From NCBI GenBank assembly GCA_041581135.1, contig JBFGCM010000005.1:10338-74337 (forward strand): a stretch of 64,000 bases of DNA. Reading direction: 5' to 3'. This DNA comes from Acidimicrobiia bacterium. GTDB taxonomy: Bacteria > Actinomycetota > Acidimicrobiia > Spongiisociales > UBA5794. A program made the translations under genes and the position numbers. How positions within the stretch are numbered: the first letter of the stretch is position 1; the number at the start of each line of letters is the position of its first letter. The notes under the pieces are model-generated. The model ran no database searches, was not told the DNA's origin, and saw nothing but the letters and a program-made list of their open reading frames with translations. Of this stretch, positions 18,602 through 28,123 are shown piece after piece.

Positions 18602-18973
18602 GTGAAGTATGCGCTCCTCATCTATGGCGACGAGAGCGAAGCGCCGGCGCCGGATTCTCCGGAGGCCATGGCGGTGATGAAGTCGTACTACGACTTCACG
18701 AATGCGATCAACGAACAGGGCATCAACCGCGGCGGCGAGGCGCTGGACTCCGTGCAGACCGCAACGTGTGTCAGAGTTCGTGACGGCCAGACGATGACCA
18801 CCGATGGCCCCTATGCAGAGACGAAGGAGCAGCTGGGCGGTTTCTACCTGATCGATGTCGACGACCTCGATGCTGCCCTCGAGGTAGCGGCGCGCCTGCC
18901 CGGATCCCACCACGGCACGGTGGAAGTGCGTCCGGTGTGGGAGGTTCCCGAGAACATGCCGGAAGGCGGTTAG
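18602..18973 (+). CDS. YCII/DGPF-domain protein
   Basis: 123-aa ORF with GTG start. MKYALLIYGDE...DGPYAETKEQLGGFYLIDVDDLDAALE matches the YCII-related (DGPF) family. Confidence 0.8.
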   Translation: MKYALLIYGDESEAPAPDSPEAMAVMKSYYDFTNAINEQGINRGGEALDSVQTATCVRVRDGQTMTTDGPYAETKEQLGGFYLIDVDDLDAALEVAARLPGSHHGTVEVRPVWEVPENMPEGG

Positions 18974-18983
18974 CCGGCCGGAC

Positions 18984-20213
18984 ATGGATGCGCGGAAGGC
19001 CGTCGACGATGTCTTCCGGGCGGAGTACGGCCGCGTGCTCGCCACCCTCATCCGCCAGGTCGGTGACTTCGAGCTCGCGGAGGATGCGGTGCAGGACGCC
19101 CTGGCCGCGGCCCTCAGACACTGGAGCCGCGGGATTCCGCAGAACCCGGGGGCGTGGATCACCACCACGGCACGGCGCAAGGCCATCGACCGGCTGCGGC
19201 GCGATGCCAACTACGCCCACAAGCTCGAGGCGTTGCAGTACCTGGTGCGCCTACAGAAGGACGACGACGTGGAGCTGAGCGAGAGCGCCATCGGCGACGA
19301 TCAGCTCAAGCTCATCTTCATGTGTTGTCATCCGGCTCTGGCTCCGGAGGTCCGGGTGGCGCTGACGCTGCGTACGCTGGGTGGGTTGACGACTCCGGAG
19401 ATCGCCAAGGCGTTCCTCACGAGCGAGTCCACGATGGCCCAGCGCATCGTGCGGGCCAAACGCAAGATCAAGAGCGCCGGGATTCCCTACGTGGTGCCGG
19501 ACGACCGGCAGCTCCCCGAGCGGCTGGGCGCAGTGTTGGCGGTGATCTACCTGATCTTCAACGAAGGCTATCGGGCCTCGTATGGCGACGAGGTCGTGCG
19601 GGAGGATCTCGCCGCCGAGGCCATCCGGTTGGGCCGGCTGGTGTGCCACCTGATGCCCAACGAGCCCGAGGCCGTCGGTCTGCTGGCGCTGATGATCTTG
19701 CATCACGCCAGGCGCGAGGCACGCAGCGGGGCTGACGGGTCGCTGGTGCTCCTGCCCGATCAGGATCGGTCCCTGTGGGACCGGAGGGCCATCGCCGAGG
19801 GAGCGGCGCTGGTGTCACGGGCCATGGAGATGGGCGACCGCGGCCCGTACCAGGTGCAGGCGGCGATCGCCGCCATCCACGCCGAGGCGCAAGCCGCGGA
19901 GCACACGGATTGGCGCGAGATCACCGCCCTCTACGCCGAGCTGCAACTGATGATGCCGACGCCGGTGGTGGCGCTGAACCGGGCGGTGGCCGTGGCCATG
20001 GCGCGAGGTCCCGAGGCGGGGTTGCAGATCATGGCCGAGCTGGCGGACGATCTCGACGGGTACCACCTCTTTCACTCGGCTCGAGCCGATCTCTTCCGCC
20101 GGCTGGGCCGGGTCGAAGATGCACTCGCCTGCTATCGGCGCGCCATCGAACTGGCCGGCAACGAGGCGGAGCGAGCCTTTCTGGCCTCCAGGGTCCGCGA
20201 GCTGAGCGAATGA
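18984..20213 (+). CDS. ECF sigma factor with C-terminal TPR-like extension (COG4941 / ECF42-like)
   Basis: Region 2 (FRAEYGRVLATLIR...AEDAVQDA...AWITTTARRKAIDRLRR), region 4 (LGGLTTPEIAKAF), and a C-terminal helical extension of about 200 aa. Confidence 0.8.
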   Translation: MDARKAVDDVFRAEYGRVLATLIRQVGDFELAEDAVQDALAAALRHWSRGIPQNPGAWITTTARRKAIDRLRRDANYAHKLEALQYLVRLQKDDDVELSESAIGDDQLKLIFMCCHPALAPEVRVALTLRTLGGLTTPEIAKAFLTSESTMAQRIVRAKRKIKSAGIPYVVPDDRQLPERLGAVLAVIYLIFNEGYRASYGDEVVREDLAAEAIRLGRLVCHLMPNEPEAVGLLALMILHHARREARSGADGSLVLLPDQDRSLWDRRAIAEGAALVSRAMEMGDRGPYQVQAAIAAIHAEAQAAEHTDWREITALYAELQLMMPTPVVALNRAVAVAMARGPEAGLQIMAELADDLDGYHLFHSARADLFRRLGRVEDALACYRRAIELAGNEAERAFLASRVRELSE

Positions 20214-20289
20214 TCGGGTGTCGATGCGGCGGCGACTGATTCGTCGCGAGAGTGTTGCGGCAGCAGGAGCCGCGCGAGAGGAGGAGCGA

Positions 20290-20643
20290 ATGGGCAATCC
20301 GATCATCTGGTGGGAGGTCAACGGTCGTGACGGCGCGGCGTTGCGGGAGTTCTATGGCAACGCGTTCGACTGGAGCTTCGACACCGACAACCCGATGAAC
20401 TACGGCGTCGTCGACACCGCCGAAGGCCAGGTCGGAGGAGGCGTGGGGCAGACGCCGGACGGCTCCGACGGCTTCGCCACCTTCTACGTGGGAACCGACA
20501 ACGTGGCAGCGCACCTCGACAAGATCGCCGGTCTCGGGGGCACGATGGTGATGCCGTCGACGACGGTCATGGAGGGTGTCACCATCGGCCTGTTCGCCGA
20601 TCCCGAGGGACACGTCATCGGGCTGCTGGAGACCACCGGGTAG
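20290..20643 (+). CDS. VOC/glyoxalase-family protein
   Basis: In-frame ATG 20290 behind GAGGAG. Single VOC-fold pattern IIWWEV...FYGNAF.W.F....GLFADPEGHVIGL. Confidence 0.65.
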   Translation: MGNPIIWWEVNGRDGAALREFYGNAFDWSFDTDNPMNYGVVDTAEGQVGGGVGQTPDGSDGFATFYVGTDNVAAHLDKIAGLGGTMVMPSTTVMEGVTIGLFADPEGHVIGLLETTG

Positions 20644-20694
20644 GACATCGCACCGGGTGCTTCCTCGATGCGTCCAGGGAGCACACCCGTGCCG

Positions 20695-22929
20695 TCAGGC
20701 CGGCTCGACGGTAACCGGTATCCCGTTCAGCACCGCCGTACCCGACAGTGGATCGACCGCCTCGTGATCGGCGAGGCGGTTCGAGTTGACGCCTGGTCGT
20801 TGTGCCGCCACCGCCATCTGCATGCCTTCGAGATCGTGGCCCCAGCCGTGGGGGAGGCTGACGACTCCGGGCATGACGTCTGCGGTCACTTCCACGGGAG
20901 CCTCCACCGACCCCACACGAGAGGTCACTCGGGCCTGCTCGCCGTCGGCGATCTTCAGGCGCCCGGCGTCGTCGGGATGCACCTGGAGCGTGCACCGCTC
21001 CTTGCCCTTCACCAACACCTCGAGGTTGTGCATCCACGAGTTGTTCGATCGCAGCTGTCGCCGACCCACCAGGGTCATCGAACCGTTGCCGGTACGACCC
21101 AAGGCATCTGCCAAGCGGGCGAACTCGCCCCGTAGTGGCTCGGGGGCGAGCTCGATGGTGCCTGAGGGTGTGGTGAGGATCTCGGGCAGCGCCGGCGTCA
21201 AAGGGCCCAGATCGATGCCGTGCGGATGCGCTTCGAGCTTGGCGAGGCTCAAGCCGTCCGGGTCGGCGCCGAAGCCCTCTCCGTAGGGGCCGGTGCGGAG
21301 CTTGAAGTCGAGCCATCGCTCCGGTCCGGTGGCCGGCTCCAGTGCCGCCATGACCTCGTCCACCGACCGGCCCTCGATCGCCGAACCGGAGCGGCCGGTC
21401 TCCCGCTCGATGTCCATGCGAATGAGCTGGTCGTCGACGACTGCCGGTTCCACGGTGGGCCCGTAGCCCATCACGATGGCGCCGAGCTTGGCGAGGATCT
21501 GCCACTCGTCCATCGCCTCGGACGGCATCGGCAGCACCGGCGGCGAGTAGTTGGCGACGTTGTGCACCGAGAGGTTGTAGAAGGCGAAGTCGTAGTGGCC
21601 GCGGGTCAGCGGTGTCGGCGGCGGCAGGATGACGTCGGCGTGCCGGGTGGTCTCGTTGCGGTAGAGATCCACCGACACCATGAACTCGAGTCCGGCCATC
21701 GCCTCATCGAGCCGGCCGGTGTTCGGTGTGCTGGACACCGGGTTGCCGGCCACGGTGACCATGGCGCGGATCTGGCCGGGGCCCTCGGTCGTGATCTCGT
21801 CGGCGAGCGTGGCGGCCGGCAGCTCCCCCCACACCTCGGGCAGCTCCCGCACCCTGCTGGTCCATCGTCCCAGCTGGAACCCTCGGCCCCCCGGCCCCGA
21901 GCGCCGGCGGCTGTGGGCGGCGAGGGGGAGCATGGCGCCGCCGGGACGGTCGAGGTTGCCGGTGAGCACGTTGAGGACGTCCACCGCCCAGCTGCCCACC
22001 GTGCCGAACTCAACGGTGGTGGTCCCCATGCGGCCGTACACCACGGCGGTGGGTGCCGCCGCCAGCTCGGCGGTGATGCGACGCGTGGTGGTGGCGGGAA
22101 TGCCGGTGATGCCGGCTACCGCTTCGGGTGTGTAGGGGTCGGCGGTGAGCGCCACGTCGTCGAGGCCCGAGATCGCACCGTCCAGGTGGCCCAGTGACAC
22201 CAGCCCCTCGGCGAACAGCTCGTTGATGATCGCCATGAGCCACAGTGCGTCGGTGCCGGGTCGGATGAAGAGGTGCTCGTCGGCCTCCTGGGCGGTGCGG
22301 GAGCGGCGCGGGTCGACAACCACAAACCGGCCCCCGCGTTCCTGGATGGCGTGGAGCCGGCCCGGGAAGTCGGGCGCCGTGGCCAGGCTGCCATTGGACT
22401 CCCATGGGTCAGCGCCGAGCATCAGCAGGTAGTCGGTGCGGTCGAGATCCGGTACAGGAATCGATTGCGGGTGCCCGAACAACAGTGCCGACGACACGTG
22501 CTTGGGCATCTGGTCGACGGTCGACGCCGAGAACACGTTGCGGGATCCGAGTGCTCGCGCGAACGGCTTCAGGTACAGCCCGCCGGCCATCGTGTGCACA
22601 TTTGGGTTGCCGAGGAACAAACCGACTGCGTCGCGACCATGTGTTTCGATGATGGCCATCAAGCGGCGATCGACCTCGGCGAACGCCTCATCCCACGAGA
22701 CGGTCTTCCAGGTGCCGTCGGCCTTCATCTGGGGGGCGCGGAGGCGGTCCGGGTCGGCCTCGAGCTGTTTCAGGGTGGAGCCCTTGGGGCAGATGAATCC
22801 GTAGCTGAACACGTCGTCGCGGTCACCGCGGATGCGGACCACCTCGTCGCCGTCCAGCGTGATCTCCAGGCCGCACGTCGCCTCGCACAGCGGGCAGGTG
22901 CGGTATGCCACTCGGCGTTCGTCGTCCAC
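20695..22929 (-). CDS. molybdopterin (bis-MGD) oxidoreductase catalytic subunit
   Basis: 744 aa. N-terminal 4Fe-4S motif CPLCEATCGL..., molybdopterin oxidoreductase core, and a C-terminal molydop-binding beta-barrel (CTLQVHPDDA...V.PGVVSLPHGWG). Confidence 0.85.
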   Translation of the reverse strand: MDDERRVAYRTCPLCEATCGLEITLDGDEVVRIRGDRDDVFSYGFICPKGSTLKQLEADPDRLRAPQMKADGTWKTVSWDEAFAEVDRRLMAIIETHGRDAVGLFLGNPNVHTMAGGLYLKPFARALGSRNVFSASTVDQMPKHVSSALLFGHPQSIPVPDLDRTDYLLMLGADPWESNGSLATAPDFPGRLHAIQERGGRFVVVDPRRSRTAQEADEHLFIRPGTDALWLMAIINELFAEGLVSLGHLDGAISGLDDVALTADPYTPEAVAGITGIPATTTRRITAELAAAPTAVVYGRMGTTTVEFGTVGSWAVDVLNVLTGNLDRPGGAMLPLAAHSRRRSGPGGRGFQLGRWTSRVRELPEVWGELPAATLADEITTEGPGQIRAMVTVAGNPVSSTPNTGRLDEAMAGLEFMVSVDLYRNETTRHADVILPPPTPLTRGHYDFAFYNLSVHNVANYSPPVLPMPSEAMDEWQILAKLGAIVMGYGPTVEPAVVDDQLIRMDIERETGRSGSAIEGRSVDEVMAALEPATGPERWLDFKLRTGPYGEGFGADPDGLSLAKLEAHPHGIDLGPLTPALPEILTTPSGTIELAPEPLRGEFARLADALGRTGNGSMTLVGRRQLRSNNSWMHNLEVLVKGKERCTLQVHPDDAGRLKIADGEQARVTSRVGSVEAPVEVTADVMPGVVSLPHGWGHDLEGMQMAVAAQRPGVNSNRLADHEAVDPLSGTAVLNGIPVTVEPA

Positions 22930-22976
22930 GGCGGACCTCCTCTGTCGAGAGCGTACCGCCGGGTGGTCGGATGCGC

Positions 22977-23591
22977 TCAGCCGGTGCAGTCAGGTGGTGG
23001 AGTTGCCCATGGAAACTCCACGTCCAGCACCGGATCCACGTGGTAGCCGGGCCCGCCGATGTAGAGCACCGCAGCGTCCCCGTGGGTGTACCGATGGGGC
23101 ACTACCCGGCCGGCGAGCTCTGCAGGGACCGAGAAGCTCGTCGGCAGCCAGACCGCGGCGGCGACCAGCGGCGCGTCGTCGATCCGCTCCCGAGCCTCGA
23201 TGCGTTGCCGCCACAGGATGTCGCTTTGGCCGCCGTCGGTGGGAGGTGGTCCCAACTCACCCACCCGGTCGGGAATGGACTCGGCGCCGAGGTAGGCAAA
23301 CCGTGACGCTGGCGACTCCTCGGTGAACCCGAATCCGGAGGTCTCCAGGCATACCCAGTCCTCTCGCCACACCCCGTGGAGCACCCCGGGCCACTCGGCG
23401 GTGAGCGCCTGAGCCTCCTGGAGGGTCATCGGGGTGTCGAAGGACACGACGACCATGTGACAGCCTTCGGTGGCGCCCTCGACGCACTCGAGGGCGCCTG
23501 TCGACGGGGGCGCGCTCGGCGCCACTTCGGAGTCTCCGCACGCGGTCAGCAGGAGCACTGTTGCCACCAGCAAGATCGTGCTCCTCACCAC
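22977..23591 (-). CDS. hypothetical lipoprotein
   Basis: GTG start behind GGAGGA. Lipobox LLLTAC. No recognisable domain. Confidence 0.55.
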   Translation of the reverse strand: MVRSTILLVATVLLLTACGDSEVAPSAPPSTGALECVEGATEGCHMVVVSFDTPMTLQEAQALTAEWPGVLHGVWREDWVCLETSGFGFTEESPASRFAYLGAESIPDRVGELGPPPTDGGQSDILWRQRIEARERIDDAPLVAAAVWLPTSFSVPAELAGRVVPHRYTHGDAAVLYIGGPGYHVDPVLDVEFPWATPPPDCTG

Positions 23592-23896
23592 GGTCTGTTC
23601 CTCCGTGCTTCGCGATCATCGGCTCGCCCACCGGTGAGACGTTTCCTGAGACGGCCGGGTTCCGGGATGGCGCAGGCGGCCGGGGACCACGTCTCTGATC
23701 GCATCCTCGACTTGTACTTGGACGATACGCCGATACGGAGCGAACTCAGAGAGAGGCCGATCGATGTCGGACCTGGCGACACGGTCTTCTTCGGGCTCCT
23801 GACGCCGATGCTGTTCCTGGCGCAGCCGTGGGCCCGACGTGGGCGGACGGCGGGCGGCTGCGCAAGTGCCCGCGGACCCGGGGGTACCCTTGGACC

Positions 23897-25501
23897 GTGA
23901 CGCCCACTCATGACGTGTTCAACCAGGTTCCGCCCCTCGTCGATTGGAACCCCTATGTCACCAACCGCACCCTGGTGGACGCGGTCGAGCGTGAAGGGGC
24001 GGGATGGGTGCAAGACGAAGCAGCCGAGTTCGGCGAACTGACCGGGTCGGCGGTCGTCCGCCAATGGGCCGTCCTGGCCAACCGTTATCCGCCCGAGCTG
24101 CGCACCCACGCCCCCACCGGGGAGCGCATCGACGAGGTGCACTTCCACCCCGCCTGGCACGAGCTGCTCCGCGTCTCGGTCGCCGGCGGGCTGCACGCGT
24201 CCCCATGGGCAGACGATCGACCGGGGGCCCACGTGGCCCGGGCTGCCATGTTCATGACCATCGGCCAGGCCGAGGCCGGCCACGGTTGCCCGATCTCGAT
24301 GACGTACTCGGTGGTCCCTTCCTTGCGTCGCCAGCCCGAGCTTGCCGCCCTTTGGGAGCCTCGAGTGTTCGGCCGGGAGTACGACTCGCGGTCCATGCCC
24401 GCCGACGAGAAGGCGAGCGTCTTGATGGGCATGGCGATGACCGAGAAGCAAGGCGGCTCCGACGTGCGAGCCAACACCACCCGCGCCGAACCCACTGCCG
24501 ACGGCTCCTACCGCCTCACCGGCCACAAGTGGTTCTGCTCGGCACCGATGTGTGATGCCTTCCTGGTGCTGGCCCAGGCGCCGGAGGGCCTGACCTGCTT
24601 CATGGTGCCGCGGTGGACACCCGACGGACTACGTAATGGTTTCCATCTGCAGCGGCTGAAGGACAAGCTCGGCAATCGCTCGAACGCCTCCTCGGAGGTG
24701 GAGCTCGACTCGTCGTGGGCGCAACGAGTCGGAGAAGAGGGACGCGGCGTCAGCACGATCATCGAGATGGTGAGCCACACTCGCCTCGACTGCGTGCTGG
24801 GGTCCGCCGCCGGCATGCGCGAGGCGGTGGTGCAGGCCGCCCACCACGCCACGCACCGCGCCGCGTTCGGCAAGGCCCTCGTCGAGCAGCCGTTGATGCG
24901 TAATGTGCTCGCCGACCTCGCCCTGGAAACCGAGGCGGCCACCCTTGCGGCCATCCGGCTCGCCGGCGCATTCGATCGCCGAGAGGACGCCTTCCGCCGT
25001 ATCGCCACGCCGGCGGTCAAGTACCTCGTGTGCAAGCGCCACCCGATGGTGGTGGCCGAGGCCCTCGAGTGTCTCGGCGGCAACGGCTATGTGGAGGAGT
25101 CCGATCTACCCCGCCTGTTCCGGGAATCGCCGTTGAACTCCATCTGGGAGGGCTCCGGCAACGTCCAGAGCCTCGACGTGCTGCGGGCTCTGGCGAAGGA
25201 GCCGGACACCGCTCCCGCCCTCCTCGAGGAGCTGGAGTCGGCGGCAGGGGTCGATCCCCGTTACGACGAGCACCTCGCCGGGCTGCGGACGGAGCTCGCC
25301 GCCCCCACCGAGGCGGGGGCACGGCGGTTGGCAGAGTCCATCGCCCTTGCGCTCCAGGCGTCGCTCATGATCCGGTTCGCCGCCTCCGAGCTTGCCGATG
25401 CCTTCGTGGCGAGCCGTCTCGGCGGCGATCACGGCGGCGCGTTCGGCACGCTCCCGGAAGCGGCTGTCACTGAGGCGGCGCTGGAGCGGATCCGACCCTG
25501 A
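23897..25501 (+). CDS. aidB: AidB-like acyl-CoA dehydrogenase
   Basis: GTG 23897 within ORF 23828..25501. The N-terminus THDVFNQVPPLVDWNPY...EREGAGW parallels AidB. ACAD core MTEKQGGSDV. Confidence 0.8.
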   Translation: MTPTHDVFNQVPPLVDWNPYVTNRTLVDAVEREGAGWVQDEAAEFGELTGSAVVRQWAVLANRYPPELRTHAPTGERIDEVHFHPAWHELLRVSVAGGLHASPWADDRPGAHVARAAMFMTIGQAEAGHGCPISMTYSVVPSLRRQPELAALWEPRVFGREYDSRSMPADEKASVLMGMAMTEKQGGSDVRANTTRAEPTADGSYRLTGHKWFCSAPMCDAFLVLAQAPEGLTCFMVPRWTPDGLRNGFHLQRLKDKLGNRSNASSEVELDSSWAQRVGEEGRGVSTIIEMVSHTRLDCVLGSAAGMREAVVQAAHHATHRAAFGKALVEQPLMRNVLADLALETEAATLAAIRLAGAFDRREDAFRRIATPAVKYLVCKRHPMVVAEALECLGGNGYVEESDLPRLFRESPLNSIWEGSGNVQSLDVLRALAKEPDTAPALLEELESAAGVDPRYDEHLAGLRTELAAPTEAGARRLAESIALALQASLMIRFAASELADAFVASRLGGDHGGAFGTLPEAAVTEAALERIRP

Positions 25502-25608
25502 AGCTCACCCACACGAGCGCTTGCCCTCGTGGGGCGGCGCCGGGGCTACGCCCGAGCCTGCGAGAGGGCAACCGGGTAGGTTTGGGGGCAACTCAGAGGG
25601 AGGATGGT

Positions 25609-26841
25609 ATGCAACGTTTGGGATGGCTCGTGCTCGCGGTCGTGGCACTCATTGCCACGACACTCGCTGCCCCGGTAGCCGCAGGCAACGAGCAAGACAC
25701 CGTTCGCTTCGCCACGTTCAACGCTTCGCTGAATCGTTTCAACGAGGGTGACCTGGCGGCCGAGCTCTCTGCTCCGGGCAGTGCCCAGCCGGCCGCAATC
25801 GCAGAGATCATCCAACGCACTCGACCAGACGTGCTCCTCATCAACGAGTTCGACTACGACGCGGGTGGCGTTGCGCTCGCCGGGTTCCAGGACAGCTACT
25901 TGTCGGTGTCTCAGGGAGGGGCGGAGCCCATCGACTATCCCTATGCGTTCGCCGCCCCCTCGAACACCGGGGTGTTCTCCGGTTTCGATCTGGACAACAG
26001 CGGCGCCGCCGGTGACTTCCTGGCCGGCGACTCGTTCGGCTTCGGGTTCTTCCCGGGACAGTTCGGTATGGCCGTGTACTCGATGTACCCGATCGACTTC
26101 GAAGCGATTCGCACCTTCCAGCTCTTCCTGTGGAAGGACATGCCCGGCGCCTTGCTCCCGGTCGATCCGAACACCGATGAAGCCTGGTACAGCGACGAAG
26201 AGCTCGAGGTATTCCGGCTCTCGTCCAAGAGCCACTGGGACGTACCCATCGTGATCGGCAAGAAGACCGTGCACTTCCTGGTGAGCCACCCGACACCGCC
26301 GGTGTTCGACGGCCCCGAGGATCGCAACGGCACGCGTAACCACGACGAGATCCGCTTCTGGGCCGACTACGTCAGCCCCGGCCAGAGCGGCTACATCTAC
26401 GACGACAACGGCGCGCCGGGTGGGTTGGAGCCCGGCGAGCTCTTCGTGATCGCCGGGGACCAGAACTCGGACCCGTTGGACGGCGACAGCATCCCCGGTT
26501 CGGCCCAGCTCCTGCTGGACCATCCGCTCGTCAATACGAAGGTCACACCGTCGTCCGAAGGGGGTCCCGAGCAAGCGGCGCTGCAGGGCCAGAACAACGA
26601 CGACCATCTCGGTGATCCGGCCTTCGACACGGCCGACTTCAGCGAAGCGCCGTTCGGCGGTCCCGGCAACCTGAGGGTCGACTACGTGCTTCCGAGGAAG
26701 ACCTTGCAGATCCTCGACGCGGGGGTCTTCTGGCCGACGACCGACGATCCCAACTTCGACCTGATCGGTGGCGGTTTCCCGGTCATCAGCTCTGATCACC
26801 GCTTGGTCTGGGTGGACGTCACCGTTCCCACGGCGAAGTAA
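25609..26841 (+). CDS. secreted endonuclease/exonuclease/phosphatase (EEP) family protein
   Basis: ATG 25609 behind GAGGGAGG, with a signal peptide. EEP landmarks FATFNASLNRF, LLINEFDYD, and C-terminal SSDHRLVWVDV. Confidence 0.75.
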   Translation: MQRLGWLVLAVVALIATTLAAPVAAGNEQDTVRFATFNASLNRFNEGDLAAELSAPGSAQPAAIAEIIQRTRPDVLLINEFDYDAGGVALAGFQDSYLSVSQGGAEPIDYPYAFAAPSNTGVFSGFDLDNSGAAGDFLAGDSFGFGFFPGQFGMAVYSMYPIDFEAIRTFQLFLWKDMPGALLPVDPNTDEAWYSDEELEVFRLSSKSHWDVPIVIGKKTVHFLVSHPTPPVFDGPEDRNGTRNHDEIRFWADYVSPGQSGYIYDDNGAPGGLEPGELFVIAGDQNSDPLDGDSIPGSAQLLLDHPLVNTKVTPSSEGGPEQAALQGQNNDDHLGDPAFDTADFSEAPFGGPGNLRVDYVLPRKTLQILDAGVFWPTTDDPNFDLIGGGFPVISSDHRLVWVDVTVPTAK

Positions 26842-26857
26842 GGCTCATGTCGGACGA

Positions 26858-26893
26858 CATCGGGGCGCCTTTCAGGAGGAAGGCCCCCCGATG
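26858..26893 (+). terminator. stem-loop 17 nt after the EEP stop (no U-tract)
   Basis: catcgggg...ccccgatg outer stem plus a gcctt(t)/(g)aaggc inner stem with one mismatch. Confidence 0.4.
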
Positions 26894-27043
26894 CGCGTCT
26901 GCGATGCCTCAGAGCAGGGCGAGTCCGCTCCGGCCCGCTCGCGTGCGGGCGCGATCGGTAGTAGTCGTCGACGTGGTCGTGCACGAGGCGGCGCTTCGTC
27001 GGTTGACCAGTCGATGGCAAGAGGCAGCGGCCGATGCTCCTTG

Positions 27044-27071
27044 GCACCCAAGTGACTAGTCACTTGGGTGC
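27044..27071. promoter_or_regulatory. perfect 28-bp palindrome GCACCCAAGTGACT|AGTCACTTGGGTGC
   Basis: Read directly from the sequence. Lies in a 427-bp non-coding gap between the convergent EEP gene and nadC. Confidence 0.5.
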
Positions 27072-27268
27072 TCCTGGAAATGCGCCTTTTCGAACAGCCA
27101 ATCGGTTGCCAGACTGTTGAGCAATGGTGGAGCGGTGGTCCCTCGCCGCCGCCAGGGGGTTTAGACGATCCCTTCCGATCGTCGCGATGATCCCGGCCGG
27201 GGTGCCGCTCCAGGCGCGGCCCCCCGGCCAGGACCTTTCCAGTTTCTCACAATTGGGGTGGGTGCGCC

Positions 27269-28123
27269 TCAGAGATCGATGTCGAGCGCGACGTCCAGGT
27301 TCGGGGCGCTGTGGGTGATCCACCCCATCGAGAGCAGATCCACGCCGGTCTCCGCAACCGACCTCGCGGTGTCCGGGGTGATGCCGCCGGACGCCTCCAC
27401 CACGGCACGTCCGGCAACGAGCGCCACCGCATCCTGCATGAGCTGTGGCGTCATGTTGTCGAGCAGAATGATGTCGGCTCCGGCTTCGACCGCTTCGACC
27501 ACTCCGTCGAGATCCTCGACCTCCACTTCGATCTTCACCGTGTGGCCCACCGCCGCTCGCGCCGCCGTCACCGCCTGGGAGACCGACCCGGCCACCGCCA
27601 GGTGGTTGTCCTTGATGAGGACCGCATCGTCGAGTCCCATGCGGTGATTGGCCCCTCCACCGGCTCGCACGGCGAACTTCTCCACGGCGCGTAGCCCGGG
27701 AGTCGTCTTGCGTGTGTCGACGACTCGTGCACCCGTCCCCTCGATGGCGCGGACGACGTCCCGGGTTGCGGTGGCGATGCCGCTGAGGTGGCCGAGCAGG
27801 TTGAGCGCAGTCCTCTCTGCGGCGAGGATCGAGCGGGCTGCGCCGGTGACGGTCCCGAGCGTGGCCCCGGCTGCTGCGTCGTCGCTGTCGTCGACGGCGA
27901 TGGTTGTCGTGAGATCCGCATCGACGGTGGTGAACACCTGAGAGGCGATTCGGATACCGGCGACCCTGCCGGCGGATCTCGCCACGATCCGCGCGGTGGT
28001 CTGGATGCCGGTAGGGACGACCGCAGCACTGGTGATGTCGCCGGCTCGTCCGAGATCTTCGGTGAGGGAGCGATCGATGACCGCCGTCACCACGTGCGCC
28101 GGCGGTTGGGTCAGCTCGCCCAA
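27269..28123 (-). CDS. nadC: nicotinate-nucleotide pyrophosphorylase (carboxylating)
   Basis: The 3' part of ORF 27269..28435 has a QPRTase pattern (LTEDLGRAGDITS..., TRKTTPGLR, DNHL, MLDN-like LLDNM). Start uncertain: TTG 28123 is used, GTG 28093 is the alternative. Confidence 0.85.
   Translation of the reverse strand: MGELTQPPAHVVTAVIDRSLTEDLGRAGDITSAAVVPTGIQTTARIVARSAGRVAGIRIASQVFTTVDADLTTTIAVDDSDDAAAGATLGTVTGAARSILAAERTALNLLGHLSGIATATRDVVRAIEGTGARVVDTRKTTPGLRAVEKFAVRAGGGANHRMGLDDAVLIKDNHLAVAGSVSQAVTAARAAVGHTVKIEVEVEDLDGVVEAVEAGADIILLDNMTPQLMQDAVALVAGRAVVEASGGITPDTARSVAETGVDLLSMGWITHSAPNLDVALDIDL

Noticed and set aside
20695-22929. Looked for an in-frame TGA (selenocysteine) or a split ORF in the molybdopterin oxidoreductase, as in formate dehydrogenases.
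   Set aside because: The ORF is uninterrupted over 744 codons and there is no adjacent truncated fragment. There is no evidence for Sec recoding.
23667-23900. Possible 78-aa ORF (MAQAAGDHVSDRILDLYLDD...) in the spacer upstream of the AidB-like gene.
   Set aside because: It has no RBS, it runs into the aidB start, and its tail is Gly/Arg/Ala-rich. It cannot be distinguished from a chance open frame in GC-rich DNA.
26842-27268. Small ORFs of 60-87 aa in the EEP-nadC gap (26847..27059 +, 26872..27063 -, 27060..27323 -).
   Set aside because: All are Arg/Pro/Ala-rich and overlap each other in different frames. None has a plausible RBS. The gap is treated as non-coding and only the palindrome and hairpin are reported.
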